Below are positions 10,843 through 22,284 of a stretch of 64,000 nt of DNA, piece after piece. Origin of the DNA: Candidatus Poribacteria bacterium. Lineage in GTDB: Bacteria; Poribacteria; WGA-4E; PCPOR2b. Position numbers and translations under genes: made by a program. How positions within the stretch are numbered: the first letter of the stretch is position 1; each line of letters opens with the position of its first letter. The notes beneath the pieces were generated by a model that saw only the letters and a program-made list of their open reading frames with translations, was not told where the DNA came from and did not search any database. The stretch is taken from NCBI GenBank assembly GCA_965215015.1, contig OZ244042.1, positions 4,608,001-4,672,000 on the forward strand. Direction: 5' to 3'.

Positions 10843-12078
10843 TTATGCAAGTGCTTCTAACAGACGGGAGACATCTTCTTGATTGTTGAAGACAGAAGGG
10901 GAGATCCGCATCTTGTTGCCGTAGCGCATTGCGACGTGAACGCCGGTGTTCCTGAGCTTCGCCATTGTTGTCGCTGGGTCCGGCACCGCAAAAGTCACAA
11001 TAGGACTTTCGTTTCCCTTGGGAGTGATGGCAGGATAGCCGAGGGCGGGCAGTTCCTCCATCAGGCGATCGGTGAGTGTTCGTACATGATTACGGATGTG
11101 ATGCACACCCAACCGGAGAATGTACTTCAGGCTTTCTTGTGCACAAACAGCACCTTCGTAAGACGGGTAGCTAACTTCGTAACAAGTAGGGCCGGGGGTT
11201 GGCGTAAAGGCGAACTCCGCGACCTCTGGATCAGGTTCTTCAATCCAAGGGGGATAATTAAAACCCAAGCCGCCGCAGTGCTGAGTGGGCTTCACCACGG
11301 TTCCCTGGAGATCTGACCGCACATAGAGAAAACCAAATCCCTTGACGCCCATCAACCACTTAAAAGTGGAGCACGCAGCGAAGTCGATGCCCATTGCTTG
11401 CACGTCAACCGGCACAGCCCCTACCCCCTGAATAATATCGACGTAGAGATAAGCACCATGTGCGTGGGCGAGATCGCTGATAGCCTTTACGTCCGAGAGG
11501 TAGCCGTTGACGTTGGATACCAGCGTAATAGAGACTAGTTTGGTGTTTTTATCTACTGCGCGCTCCATGTCGCGGTAGTCGATTTGCCAATCGCGGTGTT
11601 TGACGATGCGGAGGTTCTCACCCGCTCCGCTGTGCAGGAGTCCAGCCGCCTGCTGCCGCATTTTGTAGTTGTAGAGCGATGCGGCGTAGTGTAGGTCGTG
11701 GGTGACGATGTTGCCATCGGATAGGTGCTCCTGCATACCGTTGATCAGGTTGCTCTCTGCCTCAACAGCACTGCGAGCAAAAGCGATATCTTCCGGTTGG
11801 GCATTGATGAGTTTAGCAAAGAGATGTTTCGATTCATCCCGTGGTGCTGCCCACGGGGGCCACCACGGCTCGCCGACCTCGTGTGTAACCCAATCGATAT
11901 AGCGGTGCAAGGCTGCAGCGGAGTGAACACTGAGCGGATGTGATGAGGCGTTATCGAAGTATGCAGCTGTCTTTGCCCGCGGAAAATCGTTGCGGACTAC
12001 GCCGAAGTTGGGCGTACCATCTGGGGACGCAATAGCGGTCGCTTGCTCGTTTATGAGAGGAGCTTGGCGCGGGTTCAT
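10843..12078 (-). CDS. Class V aminotransferase (PLP-dependent)
   Basis: YFDNASS, VDIIQGVG, STFKWLMG (PLP lysine), RISPSVFN. Confidence 0.85.
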   Translation of the reverse strand: MNPRQAPLINEQATAIASPDGTPNFGVVRNDFPRAKTAAYFDNASSHPLSVHSAAALHRYIDWVTHEVGEPWWPPWAAPRDESKHLFAKLINAQPEDIAFARSAVEAESNLINGMQEHLSDGNIVTHDLHYAASLYNYKMRQQAAGLLHSGAGENLRIVKHRDWQIDYRDMERAVDKNTKLVSITLVSNVNGYLSDVKAISDLAHAHGAYLYVDIIQGVGAVPVDVQAMGIDFAACSTFKWLMGVKGFGFLYVRSDLQGTVVKPTQHCGGLGFNYPPWIEEPDPEVAEFAFTPTPGPTCYEVSYPSYEGAVCAQESLKYILRLGVHHIRNHVRTLTDRLMEELPALGYPAITPKGNESPIVTFAVPDPATTMAKLRNTGVHVAMRYGNKMRISPSVFNNQEDVSRLLEALA

Positions 12079-12179
12079 GATTGAACTCCAATACTAAGTT
12101 GAGCGAATATCTTGCTCCAACAAGGTGATATTCACTAGGTGACAAGTTTGCAGCTGGTCTTTCACATTTTTGGCACCTG

Positions 12180-13124
12180 CTAAGTTGTATAAAGGGTCAC
12201 AATATCCATGTCCGATAGAACATGTCCTTTACCAACCTGTTGACCGGGAAATTTCACGGAATTGCCCCAAACTTGGGCATGTTTCAACTTTTGGACCATG
12301 TCCTTATGAATCTTGCCTGCAAAATTTTCTATGGTGCTATTGGCAGGGATTATCACCGGTTTCTCATCGGGCACGTTTCCAGACTGGCTTGAACGTGGAA
12401 ACACGCGAATCAATCCTGTGGCTACTCGCAGGGCTTCTTTTAGTGCTTCAAGGTGCAAGTTCTGCTCGGCCGATACTGCAATACTTTTGAATTGAGCAAA
12501 TCGCGTCTGTACTGCTCTTAAACGGCTTTCGGCATTGGGCGCATCCATTTTTGTGTATACGATTAACAAAGGTTGAGGTAATTTCGTTTTAGATAATTCC
12601 GTTAAAATGCTATCCAACTGTTGTGGGTCAGCAGTCAGGTCGTGTGAGACCATTAAACCATCAGCATTAGCCGCCACACTAAGTAAGGCTTGTCCCCGAC
12701 CTCGTCCCTCTGTTGCTCCCTCGATCAGACCGGGAATTTCAACCAGTTGAATCCACAGTCCACCACAATCTACTCGTGCTGGTATAGGTCTCAACGTGGT
12801 GAAAGCGTAATCAGCAACTTTTATCTGCCTGCGAGAGAGTGCCTTGAGCAATGCGGATTTTCCGGCGTTGGGTGCACCCACCAGGGCCATCTGAAAGTGC
12901 CCTTCTTTCTCAACAGCCAGCGTGTCTTTATGTTGTACCTTTGATCGTTTTTGCTGCTGTTGAATTTCTTTGTTGAGTGCCTTACGAAGGTCAGCATAGG
13001 GGCCACTGCGATAGTTAGGTAATTCCTTAAGAATTCGATGGAGTTCATCCTGCTTTTCCTTGCCCACCTTTCCCTTCAATCGCCTTTTGATTTTCTGCTT
13101 CATCACTTTATGAGACATTGGCAT
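12180..13124 (-). CDS. OBG-superfamily DRG-like GTPase with C-terminal TGS domain
   Basis: GAPNAGKS, DYAFTT, EIPGLIEGA, TKMD, SAE; TGS segment KIHKD...QVWG...GQQVG...D.DIV. Confidence 0.85.
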   Translation of the reverse strand: MPMSHKVMKQKIKRRLKGKVGKEKQDELHRILKELPNYRSGPYADLRKALNKEIQQQQKRSKVQHKDTLAVEKEGHFQMALVGAPNAGKSALLKALSRRQIKVADYAFTTLRPIPARVDCGGLWIQLVEIPGLIEGATEGRGRGQALLSVAANADGLMVSHDLTADPQQLDSILTELSKTKLPQPLLIVYTKMDAPNAESRLRAVQTRFAQFKSIAVSAEQNLHLEALKEALRVATGLIRVFPRSSQSGNVPDEKPVIIPANSTIENFAGKIHKDMVQKLKHAQVWGNSVKFPGQQVGKGHVLSDMDIVTLYTT

Positions 13125-13214
13125 AGGGCATTCTCCATATCTGGAAATCGAAAGTATGGCTCAACCAAATGAAACTCGCGCCAGGGACAAAAATTTACAT
13201 GTACTCAACTTTTA

Positions 13215-13238
13215 GATTTGACACTGGATTTGACACTG
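13215..13238. repeat. 12-bp tandem duplication GATTTGACACTG x2
   Basis: Read directly; lies in a divergent intergenic region. Confidence 0.7.
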
Positions 13239-13503
13239 GGAAGTGTACTCGAAAAATAAGGTTTTGCACTGAAGTTTTCACGATTATCTTATCAGCGTTT
13301 GATCAATTTTACAACAAAAATGAGGTCAATCTGTAATTCCATTGTTTTGTCGCTAATATTAAGAAAGGGTGGTATAATATTTAGAACGCATTAGTTGCTA
13401 CCTAAATTAAGCGTGAAAGGTCTCTAGTAAGCACGACCAAATCGCTAGACTGGTGTTTATTCATCCTAAAAGCTTGGTATTATACTACAATGGAGGTGCT
13501 TTT

Positions 13504-14529
13504 ATGCCATTTGGAGGCAATGACTGGCTTGCTTTAACCTCGGAACCGACCTTGGAGCCGGAGATTCCCATTTGCGACCCCCATCACCACTTCTGGGACT
13601 TTCGGACGGAGCGTGTTCCTTATCAACGGTATCTACTCCACGAGCTAGCCGATGACGTAAATAGTGGTCACAACGTCCGCTCCACCGTGTTTGTTGAGGC
13701 AAGGGCGATGTACCGCGCTGAGGGACCAGAAGAGATGCGTCCTGTTGGTGAAGTCGAATTTGTGCAAGGGTTGGCAGCTGCCAGCGCAAGTGGACTATAT
13801 GGCTCCTGTCGAGCTGCGGCTGCCATCATTGGGCACGCCAATCTGAACCTAGGGGAGCGCGTCGAGCCGGTCCTTCAAGCGTTGCAGGCAGCCAGCCCCA
13901 ATCGCTTTCGTGGTATCCGCCATGCCGTAACTTGGGATCCCCACCCAGAGGTGGAAAACACGAGCACCCACAAAATAGAGAAGCAATTGGCTAGCGATAA
14001 TTTTCGAGCGGGTGCGCGGGTGCTAGCACGTATGGGGTTATCCTTTGAGGCATGGATGTACTTCCCGCAGCTGCCAGAATTGGCGGATTTCGCCAAGACA
14101 GTGCCTGACTTGACCATTATCCTTAACCATATCGGCGGTTTGCTACGGGTAGGTCCGTATGCTAACCGGGATGACGAGGTACTCGCCACTTGGCGGAGCG
14201 GCATCGCCGCTGTGGCAGAATGCCCCAATATCAACGTCAAACTGGGTGGCATTGGGATGCCCCGTACCGGTTTTGACTGGCACGCCCGAACAATACCCGC
14301 CGGTTCGGAAGAGCTCGCGGCGGATATGGCCCCCTTGATGAATTACTGCATTGAGCAGTTTGGACCTGACCGGTGTATGTTTGAGAGCAATTTCCCAGTG
14401 GATAAGGTATCATATTCCTACAACGTGATGTATAACGCTTTCAAGCGGTTATCGTCGGGTTACTCGGCCGCGGCGCGCGCTGCTATGTTTCATGATACCG
14501 CCACTCGTGTATACCGGATAGCCCCCTAA
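13504..14529 (+). CDS. Amidohydrolase family 2 (lactonase-like)
   Basis: DPHHHFW, ILNHIGG, MFESNFPVD. Start MPFGG after GGAGG. Confidence 0.88.
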   Translation: MPFGGNDWLALTSEPTLEPEIPICDPHHHFWDFRTERVPYQRYLLHELADDVNSGHNVRSTVFVEARAMYRAEGPEEMRPVGEVEFVQGLAAASASGLYGSCRAAAAIIGHANLNLGERVEPVLQALQAASPNRFRGIRHAVTWDPHPEVENTSTHKIEKQLASDNFRAGARVLARMGLSFEAWMYFPQLPELADFAKTVPDLTIILNHIGGLLRVGPYANRDDEVLATWRSGIAAVAECPNINVKLGGIGMPRTGFDWHARTIPAGSEELAADMAPLMNYCIEQFGPDRCMFESNFPVDKVSYSYNVMYNAFKRLSSGYSAAARAAMFHDTATRVYRIAP

Positions 14530-14760
14530 ACCAATGGTGGTAATTTGCAACTGTTGATACGCTCTCCGGTCAAAGACCGACAGTGAAACGTAAAAACCAT
14601 TTGTTCATTAGTTCATTAGTACAGTCAGATGAGGACACCCGATCACCCGATATTGATAAGATAATAAGTCTTAAATCGCTAAGAGGAATAGGTGACAACT
14701 TGCGTTATAATTTCCCATTACACATACTTTCCGATGTTGTAAGAGCGGCATGACGATATT

Positions 14761-16455
14761 ATGAAAATAAAAAAACCATCAGGCATCAAAAGCGGCTTAA
14801 CAAATTACGGAGATCCAGAATTCAGCGTCTACATCCGTAAGGCGTTTGCGAAAGCGATGGGATATTCGGATGAGGAGTTGGAACGCCCGATTGTCGGCAT
14901 CATCAATACCTTCAGTGGTTTCAATAGCTGTCATCACAATTTTGGTGACCTCATCGAAGCGGTAAAGCGGGGGGTGTTGTCTCACGGTGGATTGCCGATT
15001 GAATTCCCAACAATTTCGCTCGGGGAGATGTTTACAGCACCTACCACCATGATGTTCCGCAACCTGATGGCAATTGACACAGAGGAAATGATTCGCGCCC
15101 AGCCGATGGATGGTGTTGTCCTGTTAGGTGGGTGCGACAAGACCGTTCCCGCCCAGTTGATGGGAGCTGTGAGCGCAGATCGGCCGGCAATCTGCCTGGT
15201 TGCGGGCCCGATGATTACCGGGGATTATCAAGGTGAACGACTTGGGGCTTGCACCGACTGCCGTCGATTCTGGGGTGAATACCGCGCTGGCCGTTTGAAC
15301 GCAGACGAAGTCGCTGAGGTTGAGAGTCGGTTGTGCTCCAGCACGGGGACTTGTATGGTGATGGGCACCGCCAGCACGATGGCAGCGTTAGCGGAGGCAC
15401 TCGGACTGATGTTGCCCGGAGGTGCTGCCATCCCCGCAGTGATGGCGGAACGACGCCGTCACGCGGAAGCAGCAGGTAGAACGATCGTCTCAATGATCAA
15501 AAACGATCTCCGACCGTCAAAGATTTTGACGCAACAGTCCTTCGAGAATGCCATCCGCCTCCTGATGGCGATTGGTGGTTCAACAAATGGCGTCATCCAC
15601 TTGACAGCGATTGCGCGACGCCTTGGTATCCAACTCAATCTTACTGACTTCGATCGGATCAGCGATGAAACCCCTGTTTTGGTAAATCTCAAGCCGAGCG
15701 GTGAGTATTATATGGAAGATCTCTTTAAGGTGGGTGGGATTCCGGTTGTGATGAAGGAGCTCGAAGATGTTATCCATCGAGATGCCCAGACAGTGCTGGG
15801 GAGTAGTATCGGAGAAAATCTCTCGGCAGTGCCTTATCCCCCTGCGTGGCAGGATGTTATCAAGTCCAGAGCAGCACCGCTATTTGAATCTGGAACACTT
15901 GCCAGTCTCTTTGGGAACTTAGCACCACAAGGGGCAGTGCTTAAGCGTTCCGCTGCTTCGCCCAGTCTGCTGACGCATCGGGGGCCGGCAGTTGTTTTTA
16001 AATCGCTCGAAGATCTACACAACCGCATTGATGATCCCAATTTGCCCGTTACCAAAGATCATGTCATCGTGCTCCAGAACGCGGGCCCCATCGGTGGACC
16101 GGGGATGCCGGAAGCAGGCTATCTCCCAATTCCAAAGAAGCTCTTGCGAGCTGGCGTTAAAGACATGGTTCGCATCTCTGACGCTCGGATGAGTGGAACG
16201 GCATTTGGCACGATTGTGCTCCACATTGCCCCTGAAGCGGCTGTCGGAGGCCCTCTAGCGTTGGTGGAGGAAGGTGATCTGATTGAGTTGGATGTCCCAA
16301 ACAAACGTTTGCAATTGCTAGTCAATGACACGGTACTGGCAAAGCGGAGGGATCGGCTTGTCCTTCCTAAGCCACACTTCAAGCGGGGCTATGGGTTGCT
16401 ATACACCCAGCACATTGAGCAGGCTCACTTGGGTTGTGACTTTGATTTTCTTTAG
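14761..16455 (+). CDS. IlvD/Edd family dehydratase (probably sugar-acid dehydratase)
   Basis: GGCDKTVP, GTCMVMGTASTM, GGSTN, GPGMPE, SDARMSGT. Confidence 0.92.
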   Translation: MKIKKPSGIKSGLTNYGDPEFSVYIRKAFAKAMGYSDEELERPIVGIINTFSGFNSCHHNFGDLIEAVKRGVLSHGGLPIEFPTISLGEMFTAPTTMMFRNLMAIDTEEMIRAQPMDGVVLLGGCDKTVPAQLMGAVSADRPAICLVAGPMITGDYQGERLGACTDCRRFWGEYRAGRLNADEVAEVESRLCSSTGTCMVMGTASTMAALAEALGLMLPGGAAIPAVMAERRRHAEAAGRTIVSMIKNDLRPSKILTQQSFENAIRLLMAIGGSTNGVIHLTAIARRLGIQLNLTDFDRISDETPVLVNLKPSGEYYMEDLFKVGGIPVVMKELEDVIHRDAQTVLGSSIGENLSAVPYPPAWQDVIKSRAAPLFESGTLASLFGNLAPQGAVLKRSAASPSLLTHRGPAVVFKSLEDLHNRIDDPNLPVTKDHVIVLQNAGPIGGPGMPEAGYLPIPKKLLRAGVKDMVRISDARMSGTAFGTIVLHIAPEAAVGGPLALVEEGDLIELDVPNKRLQLLVNDTVLAKRRDRLVLPKPHFKRGYGLLYTQHIEQAHLGCDFDFL

Positions 16456-16547
16456 TTTTCACAGGTAACCCAAATCTGCGTTCTCTACTGACCCACATCA
16501 ATCCCAAAGGATAGGAAATTTGCGTTATTTTAAGGAAAGGAATTTTT

Positions 16548-17708
16548 ATGAGTCAACCAACTCGCGTTGCGATACTCGGTCTCGGACAACGTGGGCTGCA
16601 GCATTTGCGGGCTCTTTGGAAACTTCAAGATGAGGGGCTTGTTAAAATTGCAGCGTTAATTGACGCTTTTGAGGACAACCTTGCGGAGACGAAAATCCAG
16701 GGATATGTGGCTGGATTTCAAATAGATGATATCCACACCTCAACAGATTTCGGGGAGACCCTCGCAGCACTACGATTGGACGCAATCTATTTCGCCTTAC
16801 CGCCGGGGGTACACAACGGTGAGATCATCCAAGCGGCGAATGCGGGGGTGCACATTTTCGCTGAGAAACCGATGAGCCTCTATCTAAACGAAGCCGTTGA
16901 GATGGAGCGTGCAATAGAGGCAAATGGCGTCATTTCCACAGCGGGATTCCAGCAGCGGTACGATTCACGTTATGAAACCGTTCACAAATTCCTCGCGGAT
17001 AAGCAACCGGTAATGAGCACGATTATAGTGAACGGTGCGCTTGAAGGCCATTCAATCAAGCATACCAAAACTGAAACGCTGGGTGGGCCCGCCAATCGTG
17101 TCTGGACAGCAAATTACGAATGGTCCGGGGCGACTGTTGTGGAAGGGGGGATTCACCAAACGGATCTGATGCGGTATTGGTTCGGTGACATTGCATGGGT
17201 TGAGGCGAATTATGTCCATCGTGACGCTTCGGACATCGTTGATGGTGGGAATAATCCTTATGCCTACAGTGTAAGATACGGCTTTGAGTGTGGCTGCATT
17301 GCCAATCTCATCCTGTCCCGTCTGCGCCAAACATACTATAACGATGGGTATGAAAGTATACTCTGGACCCATGGGCATTTGAAGTTTGAGGGAAATGATG
17401 TAGTCGCTTACTACTACGATGGTCCATACCCACCGGCGCAAACACCGTCAGAAGAAGCAATTCGCCATCTACTTCCGATGCCTCCTCATGTGGACCCAAC
17501 AGAGCAGATCAGTCGCGCTTTTCTCGGCGCGATTGAGACGGGGGTTTCAAATCGACTGCGGAGTACCTTCGCGAGTGGCATGAATAGCCTTGCCGCGGTG
17601 CTTGGTGCAAACGCCTCTGATCAACTTGATGGCGAACGCATATATCTCAAGGAGCTTCTTGCTGATGAGAGGTACGCTTGTTTCCGCCGCAAGCCTGCTA
17701 ACAGATAG
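16548..17708 (+). CDS. Gfo/Idh/MocA family oxidoreductase
   Basis: GLGQRG, HIFAEKPM, EGGIHQTD. Confidence 0.88.
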   Translation: MSQPTRVAILGLGQRGLQHLRALWKLQDEGLVKIAALIDAFEDNLAETKIQGYVAGFQIDDIHTSTDFGETLAALRLDAIYFALPPGVHNGEIIQAANAGVHIFAEKPMSLYLNEAVEMERAIEANGVISTAGFQQRYDSRYETVHKFLADKQPVMSTIIVNGALEGHSIKHTKTETLGGPANRVWTANYEWSGATVVEGGIHQTDLMRYWFGDIAWVEANYVHRDASDIVDGGNNPYAYSVRYGFECGCIANLILSRLRQTYYNDGYESILWTHGHLKFEGNDVVAYYYDGPYPPAQTPSEEAIRHLLPMPPHVDPTEQISRAFLGAIETGVSNRLRSTFASGMNSLAAVLGANASDQLDGERIYLKELLADERYACFRRKPANR

Positions 17709-17807
17709 TTTCCGCGGATCTACGCGAGTGCTTCTATCGCGATTCAATCTTCTTGACGAGCCATTGCAAGAGTGTTAAGATAAAAGCGGAAGATGAACTA
17801 TATCACT

Positions 17808-17905
17808 AAAAAAGGCATATACGTTTGCCCAATGGAACATCCGTGGATAATCCATAAGGCAACCGTATATGCCGTTGTATCTAACCTAGCATAAAGATTA
17901 TACCA
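17808..17905 (-). ncRNA. Candidate structured small RNA or leader with terminator
   Basis: Minus-strand extended -10 (TGGTATAAT, 17897-17905), a 60-nt irregular hairpin (17814-17873), then a U6 tract. No family assignment. Confidence 0.35.
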
Positions 17906-18041
17906 TATTTTGCCAGATTAATCGAAACAGTTTCTAACCCTCTAATTTAGATTTGGGTGGCGGAATATGCCGAGGACACAGCCAATTCTGTCGCAACACC
18001 AATCAGGTCAGTTCAGTCCCTTCATTTCGAGAGTCCTTGAC

Positions 18042-18242
18042 CTATCGTTGTCTAGTATGAAAAGTGCGAATCTTGTTTTTTCGTTGCCGTTTTAGCTCTA
18101 GGCGGCGGCGTTTTTCGCTCGGCTTTTCATAGAAGCTGCGTCGCCTGATTTCGGTGACAATACCTGCCTTGCCGCATATCTTCTTGAAGCGAGCAAGTGC
18201 TCGATCAAGTGTTTCGTCCGGTTCGACTCTAACATGGATCAT
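18042..18242 (-). CDS. rpsU: 30S ribosomal protein S21
   Basis: MIHVRVEPDETLDRALARFKK...EIRRRSFYEKPSEKRR; GGGGGAGG RBS. Confidence 0.95.
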   Translation of the reverse strand: MIHVRVEPDETLDRALARFKKICGKAGIVTEIRRRSFYEKPSEKRRRLELKRQRKNKIRTFHTRQR

Positions 18243-18317
18243 TATATCAAACCTCCCCCCTTTCGGCTCTTGGGATTTTAGTAACCGGTGACAGGTTATG
18301 AGAGAATAACACCCTAT

Positions 18318-18353
18318 CAACACTTTTTAATCAACCAACACTTTTTAATCAAC
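18318..18353. repeat. 18-bp tandem duplication CAACACTTTTTAATCAAC x2
   Basis: Read directly; upstream of rpsU. Confidence 0.8.
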
Positions 18354-18402
18354 AAAAAGAAGGCGCAGCACAGTAGGATTGTTAGGTGTCCCCTAACAAC
18401 CG

Positions 18403-18450
18403 ACTCCCCAGCCTAAAGGGATGGGGTTCCACTGCGAAGATTTTGATGAA
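18403..18450. mobile_element. Probable IS200/IS605-family terminal hairpin remnant
   Basis: CTCCCCAGCCTAAAGGGATGGGGTTCC...GAAGATTTTGATGA resembles IS200/IS605 end hairpins as I recall them. No tnpA/tnpB adjacent. Confidence 0.4.
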
Positions 18451-18790
18451 AAGATGTGAATTAATGCAATACCTGATAGATACTGATGGAACAGCATGGT
18501 GCCGGCATCTTTCCGATATCTCAACACAGATCAGATTAAGTTGACTTCTAATTGTAGGTGCGAAATAGTCTTGTACCTGCATTACCAAAATCGCAAGTTT
18601 AGTTTCTTGAAATACGGTTTCCTATTATACCAGTTTATACCGTGATTCTCAACAGAAAAATTCGATACAGGCAATATTAATCCCAAAAATCAGTAATGGA
18701 CCTACCGACGGGTAGGGTTTAGATCCGATTTTCGATAGGGTATGGGTAGTTTCCTATTTTTTGGATTGTCTAATTAGCGAGGAGTACGAC

Positions 18791-19789
18791 ATGGCATTAA
18801 AATGGGGAGTGCTTGGGGCGGGAAATGTTGCACAACGCCGAGCTATGCCAGCGATAAATAAAGCGAAAGACGCGGAACTCCACGCGCTACTTTCTAGGGA
18901 GGCTACACGTGCCAAACAGCTTGCAATAGAGCATGGCGCACGGACGTATCACACAACGGTCCAGAATCTTCTGTCAGACGAAGCACTGGATGCAATTTAT
19001 GTTTCAACACCTGTGTATTTGCACTGCGAGCAGGTGATTGAAGCTGCCGAACGGGGATTCCATGTTCTCTGTGATAAACCGATGGCGATGAATACGGCGG
19101 AGTGTCAACGGATGATCGATGCCTGCGAAGCGAACGGGGTGCATTTGCAGATCTGCTTCCTGTTTCGCTTCCATTCCTGTTTTCAGCAAATAAAAAACTG
19201 GGTAGCCGAGGGGCATTTGGGGAAAATTGTCCAAGGACGGGTGCCGTTTCTGAAACCGTTTCCGATCCGGTCGGGGATGTGGCGTGGTAATCCAGATCAG
19301 GGGGGCGGTGGGTGCCTTATGGATCTTGGAGCGCACGGAGTCGATCTGTTACGTTACATCGTCGGAGAGGTCAGTCAGGTCAGTGCATTCTGTAATAGTG
19401 TTGTCCACGGGTACGATGTTGAAGAGACCGGGATAATCATGATGCGTTTTGAGAACGGTGCTCAGGGGTTCGTTGATGCTAGCTTCTCTGCTGCGGGGTG
19501 CGATCTTGTTATTGAGATATACGGCACCGACGGATGGGTGTGGGTCTACAATGATAGGGGTTGGAAGATTAAACTTTCCACCAACAACAAGTCTCAAATC
19601 ATTGACTCTCAGTATGAAGACCTTTACCAGTACCAATTTGAGCATTTTACACGGTGTGTAGCTGAGGGCGAACAACCGATTGTCACAGGACTGGATGGGC
19701 TACGTACTAATAGGATTCTTATGGCTGCTTACGAATCAGACCGGACGGGAAAAGCTATTTCATGTCCTGCGGAATCTCTGAATGGGTAA
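18791..19789 (+). CDS. Gfo/Idh/MocA family oxidoreductase
   Basis: GVLGAG, HVLCDKPMA, GGGCLMDLGAHGVD. Confidence 0.9.
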   Translation: MALKWGVLGAGNVAQRRAMPAINKAKDAELHALLSREATRAKQLAIEHGARTYHTTVQNLLSDEALDAIYVSTPVYLHCEQVIEAAERGFHVLCDKPMAMNTAECQRMIDACEANGVHLQICFLFRFHSCFQQIKNWVAEGHLGKIVQGRVPFLKPFPIRSGMWRGNPDQGGGGCLMDLGAHGVDLLRYIVGEVSQVSAFCNSVVHGYDVEETGIIMMRFENGAQGFVDASFSAAGCDLVIEIYGTDGWVWVYNDRGWKIKLSTNNKSQIIDSQYEDLYQYQFEHFTRCVAEGEQPIVTGLDGLRTNRILMAAYESDRTGKAISCPAESLNG

Positions 19790-19850
19790 TGAATCAGGAA
19801 TACTTGAGAGCAGGCGGTAAATTTCCATGAATAAGCTCTTAGTTAGAGGG

Positions 19851-19926
19851 TGACAAAATGACGCATCAACAATAAAATGCAGCCATAATGACATATTGTC
19901 TCGATTCTAAGCGTGTCAAAATGTCA
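19851..19926 (+). promoter_or_regulatory. Three phased TGWCA-N3-TGWCA-like sites upstream of groES
   Basis: TGACAAAATGACG (19851), AGCCATAATGACA (19881), TGTCAAAATGTCA (19914). Confidence 0.5.
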
Positions 19927-19957
19927 TTGACGGGCAGATAACCCAGTAATAGCAGGG

Positions 19958-19973
19958 TGGCATATCTATTGCA
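19958..19973 (+). promoter_or_regulatory. Sigma54 (-24/-12) promoter of groESL
   Basis: TGGCATATCTATTGCA matches TGGCAC-N5-TTGCW with exact GG-N10-GC spacing. Confidence 0.7.
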
Positions 19974-20032
19974 CATTATTAGGCGTTGTATCAATTTATT
20001 GATTCAAACCTTAACAAGAAGGAGATTAAGAT

Positions 20033-20323
20033 ATGGCACTCACGCCGTTAGGTGATCGGATTCTAATCCGACGCACTGAAGATGATGAGCAGACAACCAG
20101 TGGCGGGATTATTATCCCTGACACTGCTAAAGAGAAACCCCAAGAAGGGGAAGTTATTGCTGTTGGACACGGCCGCTTGCTTGACAATGGTGACCGGCAA
20201 CCCATTGATGTCGCAGTTGGAGATAAAATCCTGTTTGGGAAGTACTCTGGCACTGAAGTGACGTATGAAAATGAAGAGTTGCTGATTCTACGCGAAGATG
20301 ATATCTTGGCAAAGATTAGCTAA
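20033..20323 (+). CDS. groES: Co-chaperonin GroES
   Basis: [27 protein letters not shown]. Confidence 0.98.
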   Translation: MALTPLGDRILIRRTEDDEQTTSGGIIIPDTAKEKPQEGEVIAVGHGRLLDNGDRQPIDVAVGDKILFGKYSGTEVTYENEELLILREDDILAKIS

Positions 20324-20344
20324 TTTTGGAAGTTAAGAGAATGA

Positions 20345-21991
<1,647 letters not shown>

Positions 21992-22099
21992 TCAATGGTG
22001 GTGGTTTGCAAGTGTTGATTACGTGAAATGTGGTGCATAAAAATAATTTGTTCATTGATTCACCAATGCACTTGTGAACCGATGAAGGCTTGAAAGATG

Positions 22100-22133
22100 T
22101 GGAGGGCAGAGATTTTCTTTGCCCTCCATTTTT
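22100..22133 (+). terminator. Rho-independent terminator after groEL
   Basis: TGGAGGGCAGAGA-loop-TCTTTGCCCTCCA followed by TTTTT. Confidence 0.8.
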
Positions 22134-22284
22134 ATTCAAAGAGCGCAGAAGCGCGAAGGTGTCCTAGCGTTGAACCTCCCACGCCAAGTTGCCTTGGCTT
22201 TCTATTTTATTTTCCCTCCCATAAGCCCCATCCTTGTAATGCCCCCTACCTTTCTATCCAGTCTTCTCATTGTGCAGGCCTCCG

